Assembly: GCA_017432645.1 (NCBI GenBank)
Contig: JAFRIU010000047.1
Location: 12,107 to 76,106, forward strand
Length of the DNA: 64,000 nt
Direction of reading: 5' to 3'
Source: Bacilli bacterium
GTDB lineage: Bacteria; Bacillota_I; Bacilli_A; RF39; UBA660
Under the pieces are notes generated by a model. That model worked only from the letters and a program-made list of their open reading frames with translations. It was not told the origin of the DNA and ran no database searches. The translations under genes were made by a program, and so were the position numbers. Of this stretch, positions 8,493-17,770 are shown piece after piece. Positions within the stretch are counted from its first letter, which is position 1. Each line of letters opens with the position of its first letter.

Positions 8493-10709
8493 ATGGAAAG
8501 TACAAAGAAGTATTATAAATATCTAGACATATTAAGAGTAATATCTTGTATAGCCGTTTTTGCCTATCATTTAGGCTATTTAAAAGGTGGATATTTAGCC
8601 GTTTGTAGCTTTTTTGTATTAAGTGGTTATCTTTCCTATATATCTGCCTCTAAAAAGGAGAAATTCTCCCTTCTAAGCTATTATAAAGAACGATTCCTAC
8701 ATATTTATCTACCATTTATAATGGTCGTTCTAACAAGCATTGGAATCCTTTATTTTATACCCAATGTAAATTGGTTAAATTTAAAACCAGAAACCACTTC
8801 AACTATCCTTGGATACAATAACTTTTGGCAATTACAAGCAAATCTAGACTACTTCACAAGACATATAGATTCTCCATTCATGCATTTTTGGTACATGGGA
8901 ATTCTATTACAATTTGAAATCCTTTTTCCAATCATCTTTCTTTTATTAAAAGAAACCAAAGAAAAGACAAAGAAATGGACTCCTTGTCTACTACTAGGAA
9001 TATTAACTATTCTCAGTACTTTCTACTTTGGCTATATTGGTGCAACAAAAACCGATCGAATGATTGTCTATTACCATACACTAACTAGAGTATTTTCAAT
9101 TTTTCTAGGAATGTTTCTAGGAAGTATTCATGCTTACTATCATGCTTTCACAATCAAAAGAATAAATCCTAAAATCCCATTCTTCATCTACTTATTCTTA
9201 TTCACGTTAGGATGCTTCTTCATCTCCGCAGAATCTCCATATTTTATAGTAGCAATGATAGGAATAACCCTAATAACAGCAAGACTAATCTCTTATGGAA
9301 CCATGATACCTCAAGATACCATATCAAAAAAAGAAAAAGGAGGGAAAATCTTTGCAAAAATTAGTTACGAAATATATTTATTCCAATACCCAATTATTTA
9401 TATTTTTCAATTCACAAATCTTCAAAATCAATATAAAGTGCCATTAATAATAATAAGTACTATTTTATTATCTGCAGGACTACATTTTGCATTAGACAAA
9501 CAAAAGGAGGGAAAAAAAGAAAAAGCTCAAACAATTCTCTTACTAGCCTTCCTACTATTAGAAGGATTTGGTCTTTACCAATATATCATAGCAGAAGACC
9601 ATACAAAGGAAATTCAAGAATTAGAAAATCAATTAAATGCTAATCAAGAAATTATGCAAAAGAAGCAAAATGAGTATGCAGAAAAATTAAAGCAAGAACA
9701 AGAAGTATTCATGTCTTCTATAAAACTATTAGAAGAAAATGAATCCAACCTAGAAGAACAAATTCATAATCTACCGATTATAGGAGTTGGAGACTCTGTA
9801 ATGTTAGGAGCAGTATCTAGCTTATATAGTCAATTCCCAAATGGATACTTTGATGCCAAAATATCTAGAACAGATTATGAAGCAAATAAAATCTTACAAG
9901 ATTTAAAAAATCAAAATCTCCTAGGAAACCCTATCCTAATTAATCTAGGAACCAATGGACAATGCGGAATATCCTGCCAAAATGAAATTCTAAATACCAT
10001 TGAAAATAGAAAACTATTCTGGATTAATGTAGTAAATGATGCAGAAGTTCATGTAAATCAAAGCTTAAACCAATTTGCCGAAAGTCATGATAATGTCTTT
10101 CTAATCGATTGGGATACCATCTCTGATGGACATCCAGAGTACTTTGCAGTAGATGGCATCCATTTAACAGGAACAGGAAGAGAAGTATACGCAAACGCTA
10201 TCTACCAAAACATCTATGAAAACTATAAACAAGACTTTCAAAATCAAAAAGAAGAAATCCTAAAAAAACAACAACAAAGTAGAGATGAAAAAATTGCTTT
10301 CTATGGAAAAGAAATTTTAATTAGTGCTTATCCGTTCTTAGAAGAAAACATGGCAGAATATCAAACAGATTTCCATACAGAAAAAGGAAAAATAGAAGAT
10401 GTCATAGAACAAATCAAAAAAGATTCTACGAGTGATTTCTCTGCCAATAATATAGTACTAATATTAGATACAAAAGACGACATCACAAAAGAAATAAAAG
10501 AATTAAAGAACATCAAAGCAAATATCTATCTAGTTAATACAAGCCCTATTTCTTATCAAAAAGAAGAAAACATAACCATAATCGATTTCTATAGTGAAAT
10601 TCAAGAACATAAAGATTATATGATGATTGATCAAATTCATTTAAACGATATAGGAAATGAAGCACTATTAAAAATAGTACTAAAAGAAATAAAAGAAAAG
10701 AGCAGTTAA
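8493..10709 (+). CDS. acyltransferase-3 family membrane protein with C-terminal SGNH/GDSL hydrolase domain (OatA-like O-acetyltransferase)
   Basis: N-terminal multi-TM acyltransferase_3 region, a central coiled-coil linker, and a C-terminal GVGDSVMLG SGNH block. Confidence 0.65.
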   Translation: MESTKKYYKYLDILRVISCIAVFAYHLGYLKGGYLAVCSFFVLSGYLSYISASKKEKFSLLSYYKERFLHIYLPFIMVVLTSIGILYFIPNVNWLNLKPETTSTILGYNNFWQLQANLDYFTRHIDSPFMHFWYMGILLQFEILFPIIFLLLKETKEKTKKWTPCLLLGILTILSTFYFGYIGATKTDRMIVYYHTLTRVFSIFLGMFLGSIHAYYHAFTIKRINPKIPFFIYLFLFTLGCFFISAESPYFIVAMIGITLITARLISYGTMIPQDTISKKEKGGKIFAKISYEIYLFQYPIIYIFQFTNLQNQYKVPLIIISTILLSAGLHFALDKQKEGKKEKAQTILLLAFLLLEGFGLYQYIIAEDHTKEIQELENQLNANQEIMQKKQNEYAEKLKQEQEVFMSSIKLLEENESNLEEQIHNLPIIGVGDSVMLGAVSSLYSQFPNGYFDAKISRTDYEANKILQDLKNQNLLGNPILINLGTNGQCGISCQNEILNTIENRKLFWINVVNDAEVHVNQSLNQFAESHDNVFLIDWDTISDGHPEYFAVDGIHLTGTGREVYANAIYQNIYENYKQDFQNQKEEILKKQQQSRDEKIAFYGKEILISAYPFLEENMAEYQTDFHTEKGKIEDVIEQIKKDSTSDFSANNIVLILDTKDDITKEIKELKNIKANIYLVNTSPISYQKEENITIIDFYSEIQEHKDYMMIDQIHLNDIGNEALLKIVLKEIKEKSS

Positions 10710-11041
10710 GAAACTGCTCCTTGACGTTTTTCTCTCATAACTTTTCTTTTACGTTTATCAGAAAAAACACTTTTTAACCCTCTTAGGAGGGTTATTTTTT
10801 TTCTGCTTTGTTGGAAGAAATCTATAAATAATTTATAATATTGCTTTGCACTTTTCATATCATAAATCTTTTCTCCTAAAAAAATTCCCAACGCATCCTT
10901 CACAAAATGATACAAAAGAAGAAAAGAAAAAGCAAAATAAAACGGTTGATGAATCAAATAAACTAAAGCAAAACAAACAAGTACCAAAGAAAGAATAGAA
11001 ACAACTTTTGCTTTATTTTTCATAACTAAGAAAATAAACAA
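10706..11041 (-). CDS. hypothetical small membrane protein (doubtful ORF)
   Basis: Two predicted TM helices. The 3' basic tail is encoded through the terminator hairpin of the upstream plus-strand gene, which argues against it being real. Confidence 0.2.
   Translation of the reverse strand: MFIFLVMKNKAKVVSILSLVLVCFALVYLIHQPFYFAFSFLLLYHFVKDALGIFLGEKIYDMKSAKQYYKLFIDFFQQSRKKITLLRGLKSVFSDKRKRKVMREKRQGAVS
10775..10802 (+). terminator. intrinsic terminator
   Basis: TTAACCCTC, loop tta, GAGGGTTA, then T8. Confidence 0.6.
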
Positions 11042-11062
11042 ATCAATAGATAAATAAAGAAA

Positions 11063-11209
11063 TCAACAAAGAAATAAAAAAGTCATAATAAGATACTTCA
11101 AAATGAAAACAAAATGACTCATTTGAAAACACATCATCATAAAAAATAAAAAGAAAGAGTAAAAAATAAACTCTAAAATATGAAGATATATATTTTTCTT
11201 TTCTTTCAT
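11063..11209 (-). CDS. small hydrophobic peptide (48 aa; not in the ORF track)
   Basis: RBS GAGGTGATAAT-ATG with an extended -10 (TGtTATAAT) just upstream. The peptide MKEKKNIYLHILEFIFYSFFLFFMMMCFQMSHFVFILKYLIMTFLFLC is almost entirely hydrophobic. Confidence 0.3.
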   Translation of the reverse strand: MKEKKNIYLHILEFIFYSFFLFFMMMCFQMSHFVFILKYLIMTFLFLC

Positions 11210-11252
11210 ATTATCACCTCAATAGATGGTTATATATTATAACAGATTTCAC

Positions 11253-11281
11253 AAAAAAAGTAAAGAATCCTCGTTCTTTAC
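11253..11281 (-). terminator. intrinsic terminator of the 11278-11856 gene
   Basis: GTAAAGAA, loop tcctcg, TTCTTTAC overlaps the stop codon, followed by T7 on the minus strand. Confidence 0.55.
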
Positions 11282-11856
11282 TTCTTCATATACTTCTTTT
11301 CTTCATCAAACTCTCTTTTGACATTACAAACCATATCTTCAATAAATTCAATAGGTACTTCCATAACATCCACTAATTCTCTTATCTCAGAAGAGATCTC
11401 CGATAAAGCTTGATCAATATACATGGTTCTCATAGAAAGATTCTTATTCATCACCTGATAAAAATCGATACTTCCTTTAACAGGAGCTAATCTTTCACAG
11501 AAAAATAAATTATCTTCTTCTAAATGATAACCTATTTGAAAAAAGAAATCATCTTTATGAAGAGTATACCCAATCCTATTATCTACTACACTAGGCGCAA
11601 TATAATTTCTTTTTGCATAAGAATCAATTGCTCGAAAAAACAAGAAAAGATCTTGAACATTTTTCTTATCTTCTATACTCAAAGTATCAGAAAATATCCA
11701 ATCATTTTCTGAAAAAATTGGATTTTGTAAAGTGAATTGATCCAACCAATCTACATAATCTGTATTACTAACCATTCCCTGAATTCTTGCTTCATGACTT
11801 TTTTGTTCTTCTATGAATTTTAGAATTTTCTCTTTTTTTTCCTCTTTGCTTGTCAT
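11278..11856 (-). CDS. hypothetical cytoplasmic protein (no recognisable domain)
   Basis: Clean ORF with its own terminator. No motifs recognised. Confidence 0.45.
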   Translation of the reverse strand: MTSKEEKKEKILKFIEEQKSHEARIQGMVSNTDYVDWLDQFTLQNPIFSENDWIFSDTLSIEDKKNVQDLFLFFRAIDSYAKRNYIAPSVVDNRIGYTLHKDDFFFQIGYHLEEDNLFFCERLAPVKGSIDFYQVMNKNLSMRTMYIDQALSEISSEIRELVDVMEVPIEFIEDMVCNVKREFDEEKKYMKK

Positions 11857-11963
11857 AAACTATCTCTCCTCGTAAAATAGTATAAATTAAAAATATCGTT
11901 TGTCAACCCCTCTCATCAATCACAAACTTGCGAAAAAACCTTCTTTTAAGATATAATCAAGCT

Positions 11964-12986
11964 ATGAATGAAGAAGTAGAAGTTTTATTAAATTGGTATG
12001 ATAAGAATAAAAGAGAATTTCCATGGAGAAAAGATAAAGATCCTTACCATGTATGGATTAGTGAAATTATGCTCCAACAAACTAGAATTGAAGCTGTCAT
12101 TGAATACTATAAACGCTTTCTAAAAGAAATACCAAGTATTCAAAAATTAAGCATAATAGAAGAAGATAAACTATTAAAACTATGGGAAGGCCTAGGCTAT
12201 TATAGTAGAGCGAGAAATCTTAAAAAAGCTGCCAAAAAAATCATGGAAGAATATCACGGAGTTTTCCCAGAAGAATATGAAGATATTATAAAATTACCTG
12301 GTATTGGTGAATACACAGCTGGTGCCATTAGTTCAATTTGTTTCCAAAAAAAAGAAGTCTGCATTGATGGAAACGTTATGCGAGTATATGTTAGGCTAAA
12401 CAATTCCAATATGGATGTACAAGATAAAAAAGAGAAAAAAAAGGTTGCCCGGGAAATCAAAAGAATTCTTCCAAAAGAAACAGGAGACTTTAATCAAGCT
12501 TTAATGGAACTAGGAGAAACCATTTGTATACCAAACGGAATGCCAAAATGTTCTATTTGTCCGCTAGAAAGATTCTGTGAAGCTCACAAAAAAGGAAAAG
12601 AATCTTCCATTCCTGAAAAGAAAGGAAAAAAGGAAAAGAAAGAAGAAGAATATACCATTTTTCTAATTCAATATAAAAATCTATTTGCCATAAGAAAAAG
12701 AGACTCTGGTCTTTTAAAAAATATGTGGGAATTTCCCAATAAAAAAGGAATCCTAAAAACTCAAGAAATTAAAAAAATATTTTCCACACAAGAAGTGGAA
12801 AAAGGAATCAAAAATATCCATATCTTTACTCATAAAAAATGGAAAATGAATAGTTTTCTCATCAAAGTATCCAAAAAGAATGAGGAATATACCTGGGTAA
12901 CATTAAATGACTTAGAAAAAGGATATGCCCTACCTACTGCCTTCAAACCATTTTTTAAATATTTAAAAGAAAAATATCCACAATAA
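11964..12986 (+). CDS. mutY: A/G-specific adenine DNA glycosylase MutY
   Basis: HhH-GPD region (LPGIGEYTAGAI), four-Cys Fe-S cluster loop (CIPNGMPKCSICPLERFC), and a C-terminal NUDIX-like domain. Confidence 0.8.
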   Translation: MNEEVEVLLNWYDKNKREFPWRKDKDPYHVWISEIMLQQTRIEAVIEYYKRFLKEIPSIQKLSIIEEDKLLKLWEGLGYYSRARNLKKAAKKIMEEYHGVFPEEYEDIIKLPGIGEYTAGAISSICFQKKEVCIDGNVMRVYVRLNNSNMDVQDKKEKKKVAREIKRILPKETGDFNQALMELGETICIPNGMPKCSICPLERFCEAHKKGKESSIPEKKGKKEKKEEEYTIFLIQYKNLFAIRKRDSGLLKNMWEFPNKKGILKTQEIKKIFSTQEVEKGIKNIHIFTHKKWKMNSFLIKVSKKNEEYTWVTLNDLEKGYALPTAFKPFFKYLKEKYPQ

Positions 12987-13001
12987 TTGTGGATGTTTTT
13001 T
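12976..13001. terminator. bidirectional intrinsic terminator (ATCCACA-loop-TGTGGAT)
   Basis: A 7-bp stem overlaps the mutY stop, with a T-run on the plus side. An A-run precedes it on the minus side for the convergent ASCH gene. Confidence 0.5.
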
Positions 13002-13002
13002 A

Positions 13003-13377
13003 CTAAATATTCCAAATACCAAGCTTCCCTGATACAATTCTTTCATCATGAACTTCCTTAGGATTTTGCAATACCCATGCAAATCCTTCCCTATTTTCCT
13101 CATGACCATAAATAACAGGATCTTCTTTTATAATCTGTTTATGAATATCAGGATCTAATTTAATACAATCAATAATCTCAACTTCTCCAAGTATCTTAGA
13201 GGTAGGAAAATCTAAATGAAAGTGCTCAAATCTTTTTATCGCTTCTTTATCCATTGCTTTTCCTGCATGAATCAATATCTTTCCACGATAATTCGTCTTC
13301 CAACTTCTAAATTCATATCTTTTACGGCCAGTTACAACTAAAGTTGCCCATGGCTGTTTTAAAGTAATTACCTTCAT
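13003..13377 (-). CDS. ASCH domain protein
   Basis: MKVITLKQPWATLVVTGRKRYEFRSW is a typical ASCH/PUA-like N-terminus. RBS GGAGG lies 7 nt upstream of this ATG. The ORF-track extension to 13713 overlaps plus-strand genes and is rejected. Confidence 0.6.
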   Translation of the reverse strand: MKVITLKQPWATLVVTGRKRYEFRSWKTNYRGKILIHAGKAMDKEAIKRFEHFHLDFPTSKILGEVEIIDCIKLDPDIHKQIIKEDPVIYGHEENREGFAWVLQNPKEVHDERIVSGKLGIWNI

Positions 13378-13451
13378 AGAAACCTCCACTGATATTGTAT
13401 CACATCGTTGACTAATCTTCATTTTATGATTACAATGAATATGGTGAGAAT

Positions 13452-13706
13452 ATGAATAAGAAAGTAATAAGAATAACAGGATTAATCTTAATAGCGTGTA
13501 TCTTTCTATTAGGTTTTCAATGGATAAGATATTCTTCGCTACAAGAAAAAGAAAACAAGAAAATACACGAGCTAAACTCAAAAATAGAAAAAACAAAGAA
13601 AGAATTACAAGAAAAGGAGAAACAAAAACAATCTTTAGAAGAACAAAAAGGTTGGAAGATTGAAGTATATAAAACATGGGAAAAAGCAGTAAATCCATCG
13701 GTATAG
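13452..13706 (+). CDS. small membrane-anchored coiled-coil protein (hypothetical)
   Basis: N-terminal TM helix, then a K/E-rich coiled coil. Overlaps the next ORF by 31 nt in a different frame. Confidence 0.3.
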   Translation: MNKKVIRITGLILIACIFLLGFQWIRYSSLQEKENKKIHELNSKIEKTKKELQEKEKQKQSLEEQKGWKIEVYKTWEKAVNPSV

Positions 13707-14602
13707 AAATCATTCTAATCCTTTCTATTATCGCTACTCTATATCTCTCTTATCATATAGAAAATAAAATCTCACTTCAAAAAGAAAAACAAATCAAAGA
13801 AGAACATCTATATAAAGAAAAAGTATCTCTTTTAAAAGAAAAGGAAAAAGAATTAGAAAAAGTAAATGCCACGATTCAAGAATATGAAAACATTGAAGAA
13901 AGTATTGAGTCCAAGAAAAAAGAGTATTTCTCACATATTAAAGAATTGGAAAGTAAAATTCTAAATGGAGAAAGCAATGAAAAAATAGCCTATCTAACTT
14001 TCGATGATGGGCCATATTATAATACTTATCAAGTATTAGATATTCTAGACCAATATAATGTAAAGGCTACTTTCTTTACTATCTCTATGAATGGAGAATA
14101 CTGTTACGATAACAAAAGTCAAAACTGTTTTCTCTTATATAAAGAATATGTAAAGCGAGGCCATACCATCGCAAATCACACTTACACTCATGGTATTCGT
14201 ACTGGGCTTTATAGTAGTGTAAACTCATTTATAGATGCTGTAAATAGACAAGAAGAACATGTAAAAAGTCAAACAGAAGGATACACAACAAATATTCTTC
14301 GTTTTCCTGGAGGAAGTTCCACTGCCAAAGGATTAAAAAATGAAATGATAAATGCTTTAAAAGAAAAAGGCTATGGTTGGGTAGATTGGACTGCTGGAAA
14401 CGGAGATGGAGGACGTTTAGATTCTCTAGAACAAGCTTGGGGAAATCTAAAAAACACAATTGATTCCAATGTAGAAGTAATTTTATTTCATGACTATAGT
14501 TGGATGACTACAGCAATGCTTCCAGAAGTAATCGAGTATTTAAGAAACAATGGCTATCAATTATATCCACTATTCTATGAAAGTGATATGGTTCATAAAT
14601 AA
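13676..14602 (+). CDS. polysaccharide deacetylase family protein (NodB domain, membrane-anchored)
   Basis: N-terminal TM and coiled coil, then the NodB motifs TFDDGP and HTYTH. Confidence 0.7.
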   Translation: MGKSSKSIGIEIILILSIIATLYLSYHIENKISLQKEKQIKEEHLYKEKVSLLKEKEKELEKVNATIQEYENIEESIESKKKEYFSHIKELESKILNGESNEKIAYLTFDDGPYYNTYQVLDILDQYNVKATFFTISMNGEYCYDNKSQNCFLLYKEYVKRGHTIANHTYTHGIRTGLYSSVNSFIDAVNRQEEHVKSQTEGYTTNILRFPGGSSTAKGLKNEMINALKEKGYGWVDWTAGNGDGGRLDSLEQAWGNLKNTIDSNVEVILFHDYSWMTTAMLPEVIEYLRNNGYQLYPLFYESDMVHK

Positions 14603-14606
14603 AATA

Positions 14607-14636
14607 TCCACAGAATCTGTGGATGTTTTTTTGAAA
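14607..14636 (+). terminator. intrinsic terminator (ATCCACAGA-loop-TCTGTGGAT then T-run)
   Basis: Perfect 9-bp stem followed by T7. Confidence 0.6.
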
Positions 14637-14700
14637 CAGAGTTTTTCTTTACAAACTTTCTTTCCTATTATAGAATTTATTTGAAAGACGAGATGATAAT

Positions 14701-15459
14701 ATGAAATTAATATCATGGAATGTAGCCGGCTACCGAGCCTGTCTAAAAAAAGGATTTGTTGATTTCTTTGAGGAAGAACAAGCAGATATCTTTTGTCTAC
14801 AGGAAGTAAAAGCCACAAAAGAACAAATCGAATATATACCAAAAGACTATTTTTCATATCTGAATGTTGCCGAAAAAAAAGGCTATTCAGGAACCATGAT
14901 TTATACAAAAAAAGAACCTCTACAAGTTAGCTATGGAATGGGAATAGAAGAACATGATCATGAAGGAAGAATCATTACACTAGAATATCCAACCTTTTTT
15001 CTAGTTAATGTATACGTTCCTAATGCTAAACAAGAATTAGAAAGACTACCTTACCGAATGGAATGGGAAGACGCCTTCAAGGAATATGTAGGAAAACTAA
15101 AAGAAAAGAAAATGGTCATCATCTGCGGAGACTTAAATGTTGCTCATGAAGAAATCGATATTAAAAATGCTAGAGCCAACGTTGGTCATGCAGGATTTAC
15201 CAATGAGGAAAGAGAAAAATTCTCCAAATTATTAGAAAGTGGATTCATAGATACCTATCGACACTTCTATCCAAATAGAGTTCAATACTCTTGGTGGAGT
15301 TATCTATTCCATGCTAGAGAAAACAATGCAGGATGGAGAATTGACTACTTCCTAGTAGATAAAGACCATATCAATCAAATTAAAGATTCCATTATCTATG
15401 ACAACATTCTAGGTAGTGATCACTGCCCAATTGGTATAGAATTAAAAGAAGAGTTATGA
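14701..15459 (+). CDS. xth: exodeoxyribonuclease III
   Basis: ISWNVAG N-terminus, the catalytic pattern GDLNVAH...DHCP, and 252 aa, typical of ExoIII/ExoA. Confidence 0.85.
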   Translation: MKLISWNVAGYRACLKKGFVDFFEEEQADIFCLQEVKATKEQIEYIPKDYFSYLNVAEKKGYSGTMIYTKKEPLQVSYGMGIEEHDHEGRIITLEYPTFFLVNVYVPNAKQELERLPYRMEWEDAFKEYVGKLKEKKMVIICGDLNVAHEEIDIKNARANVGHAGFTNEEREKFSKLLESGFIDTYRHFYPNRVQYSWWSYLFHARENNAGWRIDYFLVDKDHINQIKDSIIYDNILGSDHCPIGIELKEEL

Positions 15460-15480
15460 AAAACATAACTCTTTTATTTA
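15451..15480. terminator. bidirectional hairpin between exoIII and the MIP gene
   Basis: GAGTTATG, loop aaaaa, CATAACTC spans the xth stop, with T-runs on both sides. Confidence 0.45.
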
Positions 15481-16121
15481 TGAGATATTTTACAAAATAA
15501 ATAAGAAGCAACTACAGAAGCAGACAAATCTGCTAAAAGAAAAACCCATATTTCAGAAAAAGCCGCCCCACCTAAAAAGATTGCAGGTGCTAAACTTCTT
15601 GCAAAAAAGCTAGGCATTCCAATCAAAGGAATTCCAAATAAAAAGAGAAGAAACAAACAACTCCCAATCAAGATATCAAAATATTTCTTCTTCTCCATCA
15701 TTAAAAAGAGAAAAACAAATAAAGTCGTTAATAAAAATTCTACTAGAAAGGCACCAAAACAACTAATTCCACTTACTGACATTTCTCCATAGTAGTTTAC
15801 ACACAATTCTGCTGTACCGAAATTAGTTTCTGATAATAGAAAAAATAACAAAAACATTCCTGTAATAGAACCCAATATCTGAAAAAGAGAATAATAAAAG
15901 CAATCTCTTACAGACATTTTATGAACAAAAGCATGAGAAATAGACACTGCAGTATTCAAATGACAATTACAAACAGAAGAGAAAAGATATCTTTCTAAGG
16001 TATAAAGGACTCCACAAGATAAAGAAGTAAGAAATAAATCTCCTCCGGATACTACTCCAATTCCTGTCCCAAAAAAGACAAATAAAGAAGAGCCAAAAAA
16101 TTCCAATAGATATTTTTTCAT
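15474..16121 (-). CDS. MIP/aquaporin-family channel with non-canonical NPA boxes
   Basis: Six-TM architecture. HLNTAVS sits where the first HxNPAV box belongs. MPSFFARSLAPA sits where the second NPAR...GPA box belongs. Confidence 0.5.
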   Translation of the reverse strand: MKKYLLEFFGSSLFVFFGTGIGVVSGGDLFLTSLSCGVLYTLERYLFSSVCNCHLNTAVSISHAFVHKMSVRDCFYYSLFQILGSITGMFLLFFLLSETNFGTAELCVNYYGEMSVSGISCFGAFLVEFLLTTLFVFLFLMMEKKKYFDILIGSCLFLLFLFGIPLIGMPSFFARSLAPAIFLGGAAFSEIWVFLLADLSASVVASYLFCKISHK

Positions 16122-16237
16122 ACTAATCCCTCACTTTTATCATTTTAAGCATCCTAACTCTCTTTGTCAAATTTTGTCGAATTTTTCCTAAAAATAAGCT
16201 ATAATAATCCTGAAAACAGATCAAATAAGAGGTGCCT

Positions 16238-17137
16238 ATGAACTACAGTAACCTATTAAAAGAATGCCATCTATGCCCCAGAAATTGTGGAATAAATCGT
16301 TATCAAAAGAAAGGATTTTGTGGAGCAGGAAATAGAATAAAACTAGCTCATTATCAGCTACATATGTGGGAAGAGCCAATAATATCTGGTAAAAAAGGTA
16401 GTGGCACAATCTTCTTCTCTCACTGCAATTTACATTGCCTTTACTGTCAAAACAAGAAAATCAGTATAGATGGTTATGGAAAAGAAATATCCAATAAAAG
16501 GCTAGCAGAAATTATGCTAGAACTACAATCAAAAGGTGCCAACAACATTAATCTAGTAACTCCGACACATTATATTCCACAAATTGCTACAGTTTTACGG
16601 AAAATAAAAAATAAGGATTTACATATTCCAATTGTTTATAATACCAGTAGTTATGAAACCGTTGGAGCACTAATCGTTATGAAAGATTTAGTAGATATCT
16701 ATTTAGCTGATTTAAAATACTTTGATGATACCTTAGCTGAAAAATACTCAAAATGTAAAAACTATTTTGAAACAGCTACCATGGCTATCGATGAAATGTA
16801 TAGACAAGTTGGTCAAATCAAAATAAATAAAAAAGGATTATTAGAAAAAGGATTAATTGTTCGTGTACTAATCCTTCCAGAACACACAGAAGATGCCAAA
16901 AACATCATTCGATATTTATATCAAACATACAAGAATGATATTTTTATTAGTATTATGAATCAATATACTCCAACAGAAAAATATCCTTATAAAAATCTAA
17001 ACCGAAAGATAACAGAAGAAGAATATAACGAAGTCATTCAATATGCCCTATCCTTAGGAATAGAAAATGCCTTTATTCAAGAAGGAGATACGGCAGAAGA
17101 AAGTTTCATTCCAAATTTCAACAAAGACTTAATTTAA
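16238..17137 (+). CDS. radical SAM protein (PflX-like / COG1313 family)
   Basis: CHLCPRNC, then the CX3CX2C radical SAM motif (CNLHCLYC). RBS AAGAGGTG precedes the ATG at 16238; the track used an upstream GTG. Confidence 0.6.
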   Translation: MNYSNLLKECHLCPRNCGINRYQKKGFCGAGNRIKLAHYQLHMWEEPIISGKKGSGTIFFSHCNLHCLYCQNKKISIDGYGKEISNKRLAEIMLELQSKGANNINLVTPTHYIPQIATVLRKIKNKDLHIPIVYNTSSYETVGALIVMKDLVDIYLADLKYFDDTLAEKYSKCKNYFETATMAIDEMYRQVGQIKINKKGLLEKGLIVRVLILPEHTEDAKNIIRYLYQTYKNDIFISIMNQYTPTEKYPYKNLNRKITEEEYNEVIQYALSLGIENAFIQEGDTAEESFIPNFNKDLI

Positions 17138-17200
17138 TATTTTACTAGTTTTCTTTCCTTTTTTTTTCATTTGTGTTATGATGAATACAGGAGGTCAAGT

Positions 17201-17740
17201 ATGAAAAATTTAAAATATCTATTCCTATTAGTAATAGCGCTCTTAGTATTACCACTTGCCGTATTTGCAGAAGGTGAAGAAGAAAAAACAACAGAAAGTG
17301 AATCAAAAGAAGTAAAAATCTATTTCTTCAGAGGACAAGGATGTTCTCACTGTGCAGAAGCAGAAGAATGGTTCAAAAGCATTGAAGAAGAATATGGAAA
17401 ATACTTTAAGATTGTAGATTATGAAGTTTGGTATGACGAAGACAACAGCGAATTGATGGAAAGAGTAGCAGATAAAAGAGGAGAAACAGCAGAAGGTGTT
17501 CCTTATATCATTATCGGCAACAAATCATGGTCAGGATTTACAGATGACTATAAAGAAGAAATTCTAGCTCAAATAAAATCAGAATTTGAAATAAATGTTG
17601 CTGATCGTTATGATATCATCAAACTAGTAGAAGTACCAGAAAAAGAATCCAATGATGTTTTAGCACTTGTCATTATCTTAGCTGTTACTGGCGGAATTGG
17701 ATACGGAGTATACAAAGCTAGAAAAAAAGTAAACGAATAA
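17201..17740 (+). CDS. thioredoxin-fold membrane-anchored protein (CxxC)
   Basis: RBS AGGAGG precedes the start. Signal/TM N-terminus, a CSHC dithiol motif in a Trx-like context, and a C-terminal TM. Confidence 0.45.
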   Translation: MKNLKYLFLLVIALLVLPLAVFAEGEEEKTTESESKEVKIYFFRGQGCSHCAEAEEWFKSIEEEYGKYFKIVDYEVWYDEDNSELMERVADKRGETAEGVPYIIIGNKSWSGFTDDYKEEILAQIKSEFEINVADRYDIIKLVEVPEKESNDVLALVIILAVTGGIGYGVYKARKKVNE

Positions 17741-17743
17741 AAC

Positions 17744-17770
17744 CTATATCATATAGGTTTTTTTATTTTA
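17744..17770. terminator. bidirectional terminator between convergent genes
   Basis: AACCTATAT, loop cat, ATAGGTT, then T-runs. Confidence 0.55.

Noticed and set aside
10706-11041. 111-aa ORF as a confident gene
   Set aside because: Its C-terminal third is translated through the terminator hairpin and last codon of the convergent oatA-like gene. It is retained only at very low confidence.
13380-13713. N-terminal 112-codon extension of the ASCH ORF (track start at 13713)
   Set aside because: It overlaps two plus-strand genes, encodes low-complexity hydrophobic sequence, and the family-typical MKVITLKQPW start has a GGAGG RBS at 13377.
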